Of a stretch of DNA of 64,000 bases, positions 1-9,145 are shown piece by piece. A program made the position numbers and the translations under genes. The notes beneath the pieces were generated by a model. The model worked only from the letters and a program-made list of their open reading frames with translations. It was not told where the DNA came from and did no database searches. Position 1 is the first letter of the stretch. Each line of letters opens with the position of its first letter. The stretch comes from an archaeon. Lineage in GTDB: Archaea > Iainarchaeota > Iainarchaeia > Iainarchaeales > Iainarchaeaceae. The DNA is taken from contig DASRUN010000066.1 of NCBI GenBank assembly GCA_035655435.1, positions 520 through 64,519 on the forward strand, read 5' to 3'.

Positions 1-251
1 AAGCCGCATACTAGCCGATTGGGAAAGAGAGATGATAGAGGAAGATGCAGGGAAAGGAATGAAATCAATAAGAGAACAAAGATGGAAAAACATGAGACGA
101 GAAAAAACCAGAAAAACAAGATTGAAAAAAATAATAAAGGGAAGAATGAAAAAACTGAGAGAATCCCATTAAAATCTTACGTCGCACCGGCAATGAGGTT
201 CAACAACATTTAAATATAACTGTCAGTATAATTTATTATACAGGTGATTTA

Positions 252-449
252 ATGGAATTTGTTACGAGGGCAAGAAAGGTTGGCGGTTCACTGATGGTCA
301 CGATTGAAAAGAAAGTCGCTGAGGAACTGGACATTCATGAGAATGACGAGATTGAAATAGAAGTGAAAAAAAGGAAAAAAAGTTTTTTTGGCGCCTTGAA
401 AGGAATAGGCCCGTTTACGGAGGAAGATAGAATTGATTTCAGAGAATAA
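252..449 (+). CDS. AbrB/SpoVT-fold antitoxin (VapB-like)
   Basis: 65 aa. N-terminal RKVGGSLMVTIEKKVAEEL matches the AbrB/MazE swapped-hairpin pattern. Overlaps the downstream PIN ORF. Confidence 0.6.
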   Translation: MEFVTRARKVGGSLMVTIEKKVAEELDIHENDEIEIEVKKRKKSFFGALKGIGPFTEEDRIDFRE

Positions 450-828
450 TTTCCTCATGGATTCAAGTGCTTGGATAGAGTACCTAGATGCAAGCCCACT
501 TGGAGCCAAAGTGACAAAATATTTAGAAAATAAAAAATACACGATTATAACTCCAAACATAGTAACTGCAGAAGTGATTAGCAAAGCGGCTAGGAAAGGA
601 AAAGATGCAGGAATTGCAATCCAAGCTATAAAAACACTTTCAAGAGAATCAAAAGAAAATGTGCGAGATTATATAAAAGCGGGCCTAAGTCATGCTGAAA
701 TGAGAAAAAGTCATTCAAATATAAGCTTGGCGGATGCAATAATTCTCGTCCTCGCAGAAAAAAACAAAGCAAAAATAATTACAAAAGATTACCACCTAAA
801 AGGAAAAAACACTATTTTCCTGGAGTAA
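433..828 (+). CDS. PIN-domain toxin (VapC-like)
   Basis: 131 aa. FLMDSSAWIEYL with the N-terminal acidic Asp, SLADAIIL, and C-terminal ITKDYH are PIN-like. An alternative ATG lies at 457. Paired with the upstream AbrB ORF. Confidence 0.65.
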   Translation: MISENNFLMDSSAWIEYLDASPLGAKVTKYLENKKYTIITPNIVTAEVISKAARKGKDAGIAIQAIKTLSRESKENVRDYIKAGLSHAEMRKSHSNISLADAIILVLAEKNKAKIITKDYHLKGKNTIFLE

Positions 829-890
829 TTCAATTAAATTTCACATTTCTTCCGACAACCAATAAATACTACTTTTGAGCTTTATTCTGC

Positions 891-1565
891 ATGCACGAAA
901 GTCATATTGAGGATCTTGTAGCAAGATATGTAAAAGATGGGGATGTTGTTTCCATTGGAAGCTCGGATTTGGGGGAAAAGTTTTTGAAAAAACTCGCGCT
1001 TGCTTTGGCACATGAACATATTCCAATTGATCATGTGGAATTCATTCCAACTTCCATGAGAAATGCGGCAATTGCCTCCACACTTGGAATTCCGATAGCG
1101 GACATTAATGAACGCGAGGTTGATGTTGCATTGGAATTTGTTGATCTCATTGATGAGAATTATAATTTCATAAAAAGAAACAGCCTTTCTTTTGTTAGGG
1201 ATAAAATGATTGCACAGAGTGCGGGAATTTTGATTGCGATTGCCGATGAAGGAAATATGGTGAAAAAATTGAGGGGAATGATTCCTTTTGAAATAGCAAC
1301 TTTTGGTTGGAAAAGAACCATGAACCAATTGGATTCACTTGGAACCGCTTCTAGGAGAATGAATGGGGAAACCCCATTCAAAACCGAAACCGGGAATTAT
1401 GTAATTGATGTGGATGTTGATCATGTTTTCAGTTATGAAGATTTGGAGTTTGAATCAAAGCAGATTCCGGGTGTTTTGGAAACCGGGTTGTTCATTGGGT
1501 TTGCGGATAAAATAATTTTACACGGGAAAAAAATACAGCTTTTGAGCAGGACCGAGTTTAAGTAA
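891..1565 (+). CDS. rpiA: ribose-5-phosphate isomerase A
   Basis: 224 aa. DGDVVSIGSS near the N-terminus and C-terminal GVLETGLFIGFADKIIL are typical of RpiA. Confidence 0.8.
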   Translation: MHESHIEDLVARYVKDGDVVSIGSSDLGEKFLKKLALALAHEHIPIDHVEFIPTSMRNAAIASTLGIPIADINEREVDVALEFVDLIDENYNFIKRNSLSFVRDKMIAQSAGILIAIADEGNMVKKLRGMIPFEIATFGWKRTMNQLDSLGTASRRMNGETPFKTETGNYVIDVDVDHVFSYEDLEFESKQIPGVLETGLFIGFADKIILHGKKIQLLSRTEFK

Positions 1566-1619
1566 ATTTATAAGGCTTTCAAGGGCAAAAATTCTAAGAT
1601 ATTAAAGCAAATTTTTTAA

Positions 1620-1693
1620 GTCGGTGTAACTCAGCCTGGTAGAGTGACGGTTTCATACGCCGTATGCCGGCGGTTCAAATCCGCCCACCGACA
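1620..1693 (+). tRNA. tRNA-Met (CAT)
   Basis: 74-nt cloverleaf folded by hand. Acceptor GTCGGTG/CACCGAC, anticodon stem ACGGT/GCCGT, loop TTCATAC, T arm GGCGG-TTCAAAT-CCGCC. Confidence 0.85.
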
Positions 1694-1752
1694 CTTTGCA
1701 TTTTTTAAAAAAATCAATGATTGTGATCGGCGTGCGAATCGTGCGCATGGCT

Positions 1753-1974
1753 TTAGTTTTTGGTTTCTTTGTAAGGACCGTTTTTCCATTTTTGGGGGAG
1801 CCTTAGAACATAAACAACCAGAAACATGTAAAGCAATGCGATGAAAAATCCCGGAATAGTGAAAATTATTTTTCCAAATTCAAATACAGAAAAAATGCTG
1901 AGGATCCAGAAAAAAAATATAAGCGCTAAACCCCAGTAAAGGCTGTCAACAACTGTCTTGAAAACAAGCCCCAT
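1753..1974 (-). CDS. small multi-pass membrane protein
   Basis: 73 aa, hydrophobic. Its start abuts the stop of the upstream ORF (1975). Last gene of a tightly coupled minus-strand string. Confidence 0.45.
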   Translation of the reverse strand: MGLVFKTVVDSLYWGLALIFFFWILSIFSVFEFGKIIFTIPGFFIALLYMFLVVYVLRLPQKWKNGPYKETKN

Positions 1975-2337
1975 TTAGAACAACCCCAAAGCCGCTGCGG
2001 CAAAAGTAATATAGAAGACCAGTACGTAAAACAATGGAATTAAGTGCTGGCTATCTTTTGTGTTTTCGAGGAAGAGCAATACAGCCATTCTCCCCAAGTA
2101 GAGGAAAAACAATCCTATGGCAGTGTAGATACTAAAGCCCACAATGTCGAAGATATCAGTTGTAAGAAGAATAATGAAAGAGAAAACCAATGCATATTCA
2201 ATGAAACTTCTTCTGTCGGAGAAAAAATATCCTGCGGCTATGAATCCGAAAACCCAGAATAAATTATTCATGACAACGTCTACCAAAAACATAATATCCA
2301 GATTCAGGATTGCGTCAATTATTGGATAGAGGCTCAT
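1975..2337 (-). CDS. membrane protein, paralog of 2531..2902
   Basis: 120 aa. Shares the N-terminal pattern I.(S/N)LDI.F.(I/V)D....(D/N)NLF with the 123-aa ORF. 4-nt overlap with the neighbouring ORF. Confidence 0.5.
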   Translation of the reverse strand: MSLYPIIDAILNLDIMFLVDVVMNNLFWVFGFIAAGYFFSDRRSFIEYALVFSFIILLTTDIFDIVGFSIYTAIGLFFLYLGRMAVLLFLENTKDSQHLIPLFYVLVFYITFAAAALGLF

Positions 2338-2534
2338 TTTTTCTCGTCCTCCGAAATCGATCCAAGGTTAAGTATTGTGTCTGCTTGGCTGGCTAAAAAA
2401 ATCGCGAGAAGAGATAATGCCGAAAATGATTCTAATCCTAATGTTCCCGGATAAAAAAATTCTCCGATAATTATGAGTAACAAAAAACCAAGAAAGTAGT
2501 AAAGACCCAGAACAAATAATTTGAAAATGTTCAT
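2334..2534 (-). CDS. small membrane protein
   Basis: 66 aa, two hydrophobic segments. 4-nt overlaps at both ends. Confidence 0.45.
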   Translation of the reverse strand: MNIFKLFVLGLYYFLGFLLLIIIGEFFYPGTLGLESFSALSLLAIFLASQADTILNLGSISEDEKK

Positions 2535-2902
2535 AATTTTCCACCAAGAACAAAGTTGAATATTACGTACGCAACATAAAATTGAATTGTTGTAATGATG
2601 ATAGTGTATTTTCTTAGCGAAGGAACCGATTCAGCAAAAGCTACTACTGCAAGTTTTGTAATGTAATAAACTATCAAAAAAGATGCAGACAAAAATGTAA
2701 GACCGGTGAACGTTTCAATATCCTCAAAGGCCCAGAGCACAATCAACAGAATCAGAACGTAAAAAAACGTGTCTTTTTTTTCCACAAAAATATGTATTAG
2801 TACATAAAACGCAAAAAAGAAGAATAAATTGTCAAAAAAGAGATCAATAAAGAAACCGATGTCTAAGCTGATCACTGAGTGAAGTACTTCTAGAAGACCC
2901 AT
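2531..2902 (-). CDS. membrane protein, paralog of 1975..2337
   Basis: 123 aa, about four hydrophobic segments. First of four coupled membrane ORFs downstream of the SLT gene. Confidence 0.5.
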   Translation of the reverse strand: MGLLEVLHSVISLDIGFFIDLFFDNLFFFFAFYVLIHIFVEKKDTFFYVLILLIVLWAFEDIETFTGLTFLSASFLIVYYITKLAVVAFAESVPSLRKYTIIITTIQFYVAYVIFNFVLGGKL

Positions 2903-2977
2903 TCAAACCCCTCGGAAATGTATATATTGGAGCCAAAAACGTATATAATAGTAACTTTTTCACGAAAAAGAGTTATT

Positions 2978-3778
2978 TTAGTAGTTTTGGAGGGCTTTTT
3001 CGGCGTTTAACCGGTTCCAAATTACAAGAATTTTATTGGCATAATGGTTTCCGGTTGAATCTCCAAGGCTCTTTGCAGAACCCCTGCCCCTATTATAAGC
3101 AGCCCATCTCCTGAAAGGGGTTTGATATTCTTTGTTTGGAGGATGCTGTTTTAACCACAAAAAAGTCCTTACAATGCCCTCAATATTTTGAACCGGGTCA
3201 AACGGATCAATTATTGTTATTGGGTGCTCCGGTAAATTCTTTAGAGTTTCAATTTGAGAGGGCATTAACTGCCCAAACCCCGCATCCCCTGCTTTTCCCC
3301 TGGCATTTGGATTGTAATGGGATTCGTGTTCTATAACAGCCAAAATTTCGTGCGGGTCAACAAATTCAACACCACTTGAATTATATTTTCTGCATTCTTC
3401 CGCCACAAGAATTTTAATGTCGTGAACAAGCTCCGGCGGAACATTTCTGAGGTCAAACGCATTGGTTGTGAAGCGCACTCCATAGGCGCGGGCAAATTCC
3501 TCGCCTTTAAGCCCCGGTCTGAAAATTTTGAATTTTTGCGGAGAACGAATAACGTGAATTTTTTCCCTTTTAATTATTTCTTCCGGCTCAATTGCTTTTA
3601 ACTCGACATTGTTACGAATTGATTTTTGACCCAAATTTCCTGCAGGCATATTTGAGTTCGGCCTTAGGTTTCTTCCAACACCCAAACCCGCCAGAAATGC
3701 AGAGATTCCCGTAGCTGCTGAAGCGCCCAAAAATTGGCGCCTTGTAATTCCTGACCCTTTTGAATTTCTTTTTGGCAT
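2978..3778 (-). CDS. Tat-signal lytic transglycosylase (SLT domain) protein
   Basis: 266 aa. Twin-arginine leader SGITRRQFLGASAATGISAFLAG. Catalytic-type motif EHESHYNPNARGKAGDAGFGQLMP (E-S ... AG.G.GQLMP) as in SLT/goose-lysozyme-like transglycosylases. Confidence 0.75.
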   Translation of the reverse strand: MPKRNSKGSGITRRQFLGASAATGISAFLAGLGVGRNLRPNSNMPAGNLGQKSIRNNVELKAIEPEEIIKREKIHVIRSPQKFKIFRPGLKGEEFARAYGVRFTTNAFDLRNVPPELVHDIKILVAEECRKYNSSGVEFVDPHEILAVIEHESHYNPNARGKAGDAGFGQLMPSQIETLKNLPEHPITIIDPFDPVQNIEGIVRTFLWLKQHPPNKEYQTPFRRWAAYNRGRGSAKSLGDSTGNHYANKILVIWNRLNAEKALQNY

Positions 3779-4000
3779 TTAATCAAAAAAATAACTCTTT
3801 TTTCCTTTAAAATACTCGCGCTTTAGGACGGCGGTTTTTTAAGAGATTCAGGGGAAATTTCTTATCTTAGTTTCTTTCTTTTTTCGTAAAGAAACCCTGT
3901 GCTTTTTCTTTTGGTACAGCTTCCTTCCAGAAGTGAAGATTCTGGGAGGCCTCGCAGAACTTTGTTCTGCAAGGTTCTTTTCACGAAAAAGAAAAGGTGT

Positions 4001-4075
4001 GCCCCGATCGTCTAGCCCGGTCAAGGATGTCACCCTCTCACGGTGAAAACACGGGTTCAAATCCCGTTCGGGGCA
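4001..4075 (+). tRNA. tRNA-Glu (CTC)
   Basis: 75 nt. Acceptor GCCCCGA/TCGGGGC, anticodon stem TCACC/GGTGA, loop CTCTCAC, T arm CGGG-TTCAAAT-CCCG. Confidence 0.85.
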
Positions 4076-4244
4076 CTTTTTTGTTTCCTACGGGAAACAA
4101 AAACCTGCACTAAAAGGAAAATGGCACTTCACACTACAGTTAGAAAACAAGGGTATGCCAACGGCTTAATACCATATATAATATTACACTACTTTTTCAC
4201 TACTTTTGGTAAAGTTTAAATATTTGTCTGGCAATATATTTGTA

Positions 4245-4529
4245 ATGGATGTCTTCTGGTCTGTTCACGCAAAGGAGAGATTTATTGAAAGGTCTTTACT
4301 TTACGGTTTTTCCAGAACAGAATTGGAGCAAGTTATCAGAAAGCAGCAGGTAAGAATTGATTGTGGGTTTGATGATAAATACAGGAAACAAAAGTTTGAA
4401 ACCATTGGAGTAGTCAATAGTAAGTTCTTTACTGTTCAGAAGGCTGAAGATAGGAAAAAAATTATTGTCATAACTTTATGGGAATCAAGTCAAAAGGAGG
4501 TTGATTTATGGTTATCAAAACAAAAATGA
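4245..4529 (+). CDS. DUF4258-like toxin candidate
   Basis: N-terminal FWSVHAKERFIERS resembles the H-A-x-E-R motif of DUF4258 small toxins. Its stop overlaps the next start as ATGA. The ORF track starts at TTG 4206. Confidence 0.45.
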   Translation: MDVFWSVHAKERFIERSLLYGFSRTELEQVIRKQQVRIDCGFDDKYRKQKFETIGVVNSKFFTVQKAEDRKKIIVITLWESSQKEVDLWLSKQK

Positions 4530-4861
4530 ATTGCCCTGTTTGCAACGGGGGCGCTGTTCTGAAGAAAGCAACAACTAAACTTTTCAATGGTTTAATTGTG
4601 TTGAAGGATGAACCGTTGTACGAGTGCATGAAATGCGGTGAACAATTTGCCACCGGCAAGATGGTTGATGAGAGCATAAAGCGCGCAAAAAAGGCGTTTG
4701 TATTCAACAGGCAAATAATCTCTACCGGCGGCAGCCTCGGAATAACATTCCCTTCGGATTTGTCCGAATATTATAAATTAGGCAAGGGAAAAAACGTAAG
4801 CATCATTCCCGAAAATGAGAATACGATAAAAATAATCACGCACAATAAAAAGAATTTGTGA
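4526..4861 (+). CDS. zinc-ribbon (MqsA/YgiT-like) plus AbrB-fold antitoxin candidate
   Basis: CPVCNGG...ECMKCGE four-Cys ribbon, followed by GGSLGITFPSDLSEYYKLGKG (AbrB/SpoVT-like). ATGA overlap with the upstream ORF. Confidence 0.5.
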   Translation: MNCPVCNGGAVLKKATTKLFNGLIVLKDEPLYECMKCGEQFATGKMVDESIKRAKKAFVFNRQIISTGGSLGITFPSDLSEYYKLGKGKNVSIIPENENTIKIITHNKKNL

Positions 4862-4903
4862 ATCTAACCATATGGAAATTCTGGATTCACACTAAAAATA
4901 ATT

Positions 4904-5548
4904 TCACTTCAACCCGGCAATAGAGTCCAGGAATTCGTGCGAATTTATTTCCCCGATCAAATGGTTTTCGAATAAAACCACGCCTTTTTCCGGCCACGCG
5001 GGCCAAACAGAAGTAAAGCCTTTTTCGCGCAACGAATCACAATACTCTTTTATTTGTTCAAAGTGCATCCAACTTGCATCCACATATGATTTTTTTTCAT
5101 CCTTGAAATGCAATCCTTCGCAGAATTTGTATTCATTCGCATAATCGGAAATTGCTTTATCTGAAATGAACGGGAACATTCTGCATTCTAATGGGCGCTC
5201 GGAGTATATTCCGCATCCCGGAAGTTCTTTATTATAAAATTCACAAAAGCCATCTTCTTTTCTTTTGAAAACTATTGCGGGAACGGCAATGAAAAAATTC
5301 GGCAAAAACCCATTCACGGATTCTATTGAATCGCAAATATGCTTTGGCATTAAGGTGCTGCTCACAACAATTTTATCCTGGGAATATTCTCTTGCAAAAA
5401 GATGCAAAAATAATTGGCAGTGAGTTTCAATGAATTCCTTTTTTGTTTCGCCCAAAAACTTCGCCTGGCGATTGACCTCTTCCGGCAAAGAAACAATGTA
5501 ATAGCGTTTGCAGCACTCTCCGCAGCGCTGGCACTCGAAGTTCAGCAT
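4904..5548 (-). CDS. YkgJ-family CxxCxxCC zinc/iron-chelating domain protein
   Basis: 214 aa. N-terminal FECQRCGECCKRY motif. Confidence 0.6.
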   Translation of the reverse strand: MLNFECQRCGECCKRYYIVSLPEEVNRQAKFLGETKKEFIETHCQLFLHLFAREYSQDKIVVSSTLMPKHICDSIESVNGFLPNFFIAVPAIVFKRKEDGFCEFYNKELPGCGIYSERPLECRMFPFISDKAISDYANEYKFCEGLHFKDEKKSYVDASWMHFEQIKEYCDSLREKGFTSVWPAWPEKGVVLFENHLIGEINSHEFLDSIAGLK

Positions 5549-5703
5549 AATAACTACTTATAGATTAATTCCCCAGAACATTCTTTTAATGCCTAATAGT
5601 GGAGAAACACCAGACGAAAATAAGTTAAATTTCTAAAATACGATTTTTAGCTTACTTTTTTAGAAAATGAAGGTTTTAAATTTCACAAAATCCTCTTTGT
5701 TTT

Positions 5704-6453
5704 ATGCCTATTAGAACACCATTTGGTACAAGCAAAAGCGGAAGGCGCAACAATAGAGGATTCACTCCATTCAAATATTTCCGCGGAGATAAGAATGAAA
5801 TATTGGAGTTATCGCCTTCCGAATTGGTAAAAAGATTTCAAGAATTAGGGATTAAATTTAGTGACCAAGAAGGCGGAGAAGATAATGCCAACTATTTTCA
5901 GACACAAATACGCAACAATTTAGATTTACTCAATAGAAGCGTCCCTTTAAAGCCGCTTGAAATTTTTACAAAAGACGGGGTAATTTTTTTTCAAATGAAA
6001 ATAATGCCGGACAGAAAATTGTATATACGACAAGCCCCACTAGCCCATGGAATACACGGAAACCATCAATTACCTTCCTTTGAAGCATTGGAAAAAATAT
6101 TGAAAGAAGGATTTCTAGGAAATTTTGACCCAAATGTCGTGTTGGATTTAAGCAGAAAAACATCCGGATTGCGTGACAAAGATAAAAGAGTCGGGAAAAT
6201 AACATTTGGGGACAAATATACTATTGAGTTGATGGCACCTTCTGAAATAACTGAACACACGCATATGCGGCAAGTTAAAACTATGCTGCCTCAATCATTT
6301 GTAAGTAAGGCCGCCCCCCAACAAATTTTAAAAGTAAAAATAAAAATAGATAAACGTCTCCCAAAAGAACAAATTGCTGCAAAAAAAGCTTTTTATAAAG
6401 AACATTTAAAGGGTTGGCCAATTGCATTTGAAATTGCGGACAGTCTTTTTTAG
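5704..6453 (+). CDS. hypothetical protein
   Basis: 249-aa ORF with coding-like composition. No motif recognised. Confidence 0.4.
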   Translation: MPIRTPFGTSKSGRRNNRGFTPFKYFRGDKNEILELSPSELVKRFQELGIKFSDQEGGEDNANYFQTQIRNNLDLLNRSVPLKPLEIFTKDGVIFFQMKIMPDRKLYIRQAPLAHGIHGNHQLPSFEALEKILKEGFLGNFDPNVVLDLSRKTSGLRDKDKRVGKITFGDKYTIELMAPSEITEHTHMRQVKTMLPQSFVSKAAPQQILKVKIKIDKRLPKEQIAAKKAFYKEHLKGWPIAFEIADSLF

Positions 6454-6499
6454 GGCAAATAAAAGATTTTATAAACGATCTCTAACCCAATAAAACAGC

Positions 6500-6588
6500 G
6501 CCCTCGTGGCTCAGTGGTAGAGCGGCGGTTTTGTAACCCGAAAGGGCAAACTAACCGCAGGTCGTGGGTTCAATCCCCACCGAGGGCT
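6500..6588 (+). tRNA. tRNA-Thr (TGT) with 17-nt intron
   Basis: Acceptor GCCCTCG/CGAGGGC, anticodon stem GCGGT/ACCGC, loop TTTGTA|A. Canonical 37/38 intron at 6536-6552 (ACCCGAAAGGGCAAACT, with a CCC-GAAA-GGG hairpin). Confidence 0.8.
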
Positions 6589-6680
6589 TATCTCCATGCA
6601 ATGGAGATAACTGTCGCGCCCAACAGCCGAAACTGTTGTTTTACACCAAGATATTTAAAGCAAGAAAACCTAATTTTTGC

Positions 6681-7013
6681 ATGATCCCCGGAAAAAGGAA
6701 AATAAATTCAAGAGTATATCCGAGTTCTGCAATTGGAAAAGATAACAAGATTAGAGGCTTAATCCCGGTTGTCAACTTTGGGGGCAAAAGCGGAAGAGAC
6801 AGTCACAGGAAGAGTTTTAGATTTGAGGATTTCAGAAAACTAAAAGAGCGGGTGGAAAAAGAATTTCCAAAAGAAGGTTACGAAATAACAATAGAAAAAG
6901 TTATAACTGAAAAAGGACTAGATGATGGAAAAATCATTAAAATCAGAAGAAACGGAGTAGAAATCGGCAGTTCGGAATATAATACGGTTCTCAGCACAAT
7001 TTATAAGGAATAA
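6681..7013 (+). CDS. hypothetical protein
   Basis: The ORF-track start (6564) lies inside the tRNA-Thr gene. The first ATG clear of the tRNA is 6681. Confidence 0.3.
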   Translation: MIPGKRKINSRVYPSSAIGKDNKIRGLIPVVNFGGKSGRDSHRKSFRFEDFRKLKERVEKEFPKEGYEITIEKVITEKGLDDGKIIKIRRNGVEIGSSEYNTVLSTIYKE

Positions 7014-7057
7014 AAGCTAAAAATATTAATAAAAAATTGAAAAAATGTGATATTTAC

Positions 7058-7711
7058 ATGAAATCGAAAACTTTGATTATAATCGCTTTGGGTTTAATCC
7101 TCCTTGTTTCAGGCTGCACGCAGGAGCAGAATAATGGAACTGCTGATGATACAACGCCAAACCAGGATATTGAAGATGATTCCATGGAGCAGGATGATAC
7201 AACGCAAACTGAACCTGATGATTCACAAAACTCAAATCCTGGAACAGATAATGATTCGGATTCCGGTAAAATGAGTTCGCCGTATGCCTGCACTGATATT
7301 TTGCTCCTTTCCGCAATGCAAAGTGTTTTCGGTTCTGATGCAGAAGTTTTGAGAAAACCTGCCCCATTCGGGAGAACAATCAGCTATGTGAGCTGCAACG
7401 TACAGGCATCAGGAACTGCTGCGGTGCAGATAGAATTCCATGAAACAACAACAATGGAGGCTGCATTAGAATCCTTGGAAGATGAAGCCTTGCAAATCGA
7501 GAGCCAATTGTTTGATTCGGAAAAAACGGAGGGAAGCATAGGAGCTCAGAGCTATGTTGTTTATTCTACACGAAGCAATGAAACCCGAGTGCTTTTCGTG
7601 GATAACGACGGAGCAACGCCGGTATTTGTTATTGTAAAAAGTATTCCGGGAACCGAAGTAACACAAAGCACAGTTACAAGGGTGGCGGAAAAAATAGAGG
7701 AATTGATTTAG
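7058..7711 (+). CDS. secreted lipoprotein-like acidic protein
   Basis: Signal peptide with lipobox-like LLVSGC, then a D/E/T/Q-rich linker. Confidence 0.5.
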   Translation: MKSKTLIIIALGLILLVSGCTQEQNNGTADDTTPNQDIEDDSMEQDDTTQTEPDDSQNSNPGTDNDSDSGKMSSPYACTDILLLSAMQSVFGSDAEVLRKPAPFGRTISYVSCNVQASGTAAVQIEFHETTTMEAALESLEDEALQIESQLFDSEKTEGSIGAQSYVVYSTRSNETRVLFVDNDGATPVFVIVKSIPGTEVTQSTVTRVAEKIEELI

Positions 7712-7774
7712 CAATCAAAAAATTTTCTACAATTAATAATAAAAGTAAGAACGACAATAATTTTGATTTAACCG

Positions 7775-8227
7775 GTGGAATACGATTTGAGCGAAAAGTA
7801 CATTCAGTTTGTTGCAAACTATGATGACTGGGTTTCAATAAGAAAACTCACTATAGAAACCGCAACCGACCCCAAAACAATAATGGAATTTTTGGCGAGC
7901 CTGAACACGAGTACGGACAAAAAAGTTGAGGAAAACCTCAGGAAAATTGTTGCACTCGATAAGGTTGATGAAGCACTTGCATCTCTTGAACTTGGAAAAA
8001 AAGACACTGCAAAAGCATTGGAAGAGGTTAATTCAAGAAAAGTCGGTTCGGTTATAAAAGAAATTACGGAAAATCTGGAAAAATTATCCAAACCAGAAAA
8101 AAAGGAAATCGAACAATTCTGTAGGGTTTATGCAATGAGAAAAGCCCTCAAACAATGTGGGATTGGTGTTGATTATTCCGAAATTGAAATTCCCGGAATG
8201 AAAAGAGTAATGAAGAAAAAAGTGTAA
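7775..8227 (+). CDS. hypothetical protein
   Basis: 150-aa ORF (GTG start). No motif recognised. Confidence 0.4.
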   Translation: MEYDLSEKYIQFVANYDDWVSIRKLTIETATDPKTIMEFLASLNTSTDKKVEENLRKIVALDKVDEALASLELGKKDTAKALEEVNSRKVGSVIKEITENLEKLSKPEKKEIEQFCRVYAMRKALKQCGIGVDYSEIEIPGMKRVMKKKV

Positions 8228-8232
8228 CAAAA

Positions 8233-9090
8233 ATGTTTGAAGCAATAGGCGCGGAAATAGCATTCAGCCATTATGTTCAAAGCTTTGCAAACTCATCGCT
8301 TGACTATTTTTTTCTTGTAATAACACAATTAGGAAACCCTGCTCTCTGGTTATCGCTCAGCGCATTTCTTTATTGGAAAGGCGAGGAAAAAAAATCTGTT
8401 TTTCTTTCAACTTCTCTTTTATTCACGAGCGCATTTGTGGGGCTCCTAAAACCAACTCTTGGGAGATTGAGACCGCCTGAAAGTGAATTCATGGTTCTTG
8501 TTAGTGAAACCCAATCACAATTTGCAATGCCTTCAGGGCATGCAACAACAATCGCAGGGGTTTTCGGTTATTATTGGGAGAAATTTGCGAAAAATGCAAG
8601 AGTGCTGGGATTGTTTATTGTTCTTTTAGTTCTTGCATCAAGGGTTTATTTGGGGGCACATTATATTGGCGATGTAATTGTTGGAGGCCTCTTTGGTTTT
8701 TTGATTGGGAGAATTGTGCATGCAATTGAACAGAATTATTCGAAAATAAAATTCGGAAAAAAAGTTTTGCTCGAGGAAATAGGTTTGGTTGCAACTATTG
8801 CAATTTCAATTATAATATCGCTCGCGCTCAGAGAATTTTCTTTGGGCACAATATTCTTTGGTTACTTTGCAGGAGTTTTTGCATTCAAGCTTTTGAACCT
8901 TGATTCTGAAAAACTTTCCGGGAAAAAACTTTGGTTAAAGGAAATCCCCGGTTTTGCGGTTTTGGGAATTTTGAGTTTTTTTGCACTCAATACAGAATTC
9001 ATGCCGGAACTGCTTTTCCTTGCGGGAAGTTGGATTAGTTTTGTTTATCCGTTCATTTACCTAAAAGTATCCAAAAAACCTGTTAAATAA
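8233..9090 (+). CDS. PAP2-family lipid phosphatase
   Basis: All three PAP2 motifs are present: KPTLGRLRPP, PSGHAT, SRVYLGAHYIGDV. Multi-pass membrane protein. Confidence 0.75.
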   Translation: MFEAIGAEIAFSHYVQSFANSSLDYFFLVITQLGNPALWLSLSAFLYWKGEEKKSVFLSTSLLFTSAFVGLLKPTLGRLRPPESEFMVLVSETQSQFAMPSGHATTIAGVFGYYWEKFAKNARVLGLFIVLLVLASRVYLGAHYIGDVIVGGLFGFLIGRIVHAIEQNYSKIKFGKKVLLEEIGLVATIAISIIISLALREFSLGTIFFGYFAGVFAFKLLNLDSEKLSGKKLWLKEIPGFAVLGILSFFALNTEFMPELLFLAGSWISFVYPFIYLKVSKKPVK

Positions 9091-9145
9091 CGTTTAATAA
9101 TTTAAGTTTGATTAAATCTTATTCTAAGCCCAATTTAGGGAAAAC

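Noticed and set aside
1-213. Coding status of the window's left edge (track ORF 19..213 versus a frame-2 ORF ending at TAA 170-172)
   Set aside because: Both frames give Lys/Arg/Glu-rich low-complexity sequence with no recognisable motif. I could not decide which frame, if either, is real, so no feature is reported.
3848-4060. 70-aa minus-strand ORF
   Set aside because: It overlaps tRNA-Glu (4001-4075) and lies in an otherwise non-coding spacer. Likewise, 1644..1844(+) starts inside tRNA-Met, and the 6564 start lies inside tRNA-Thr.
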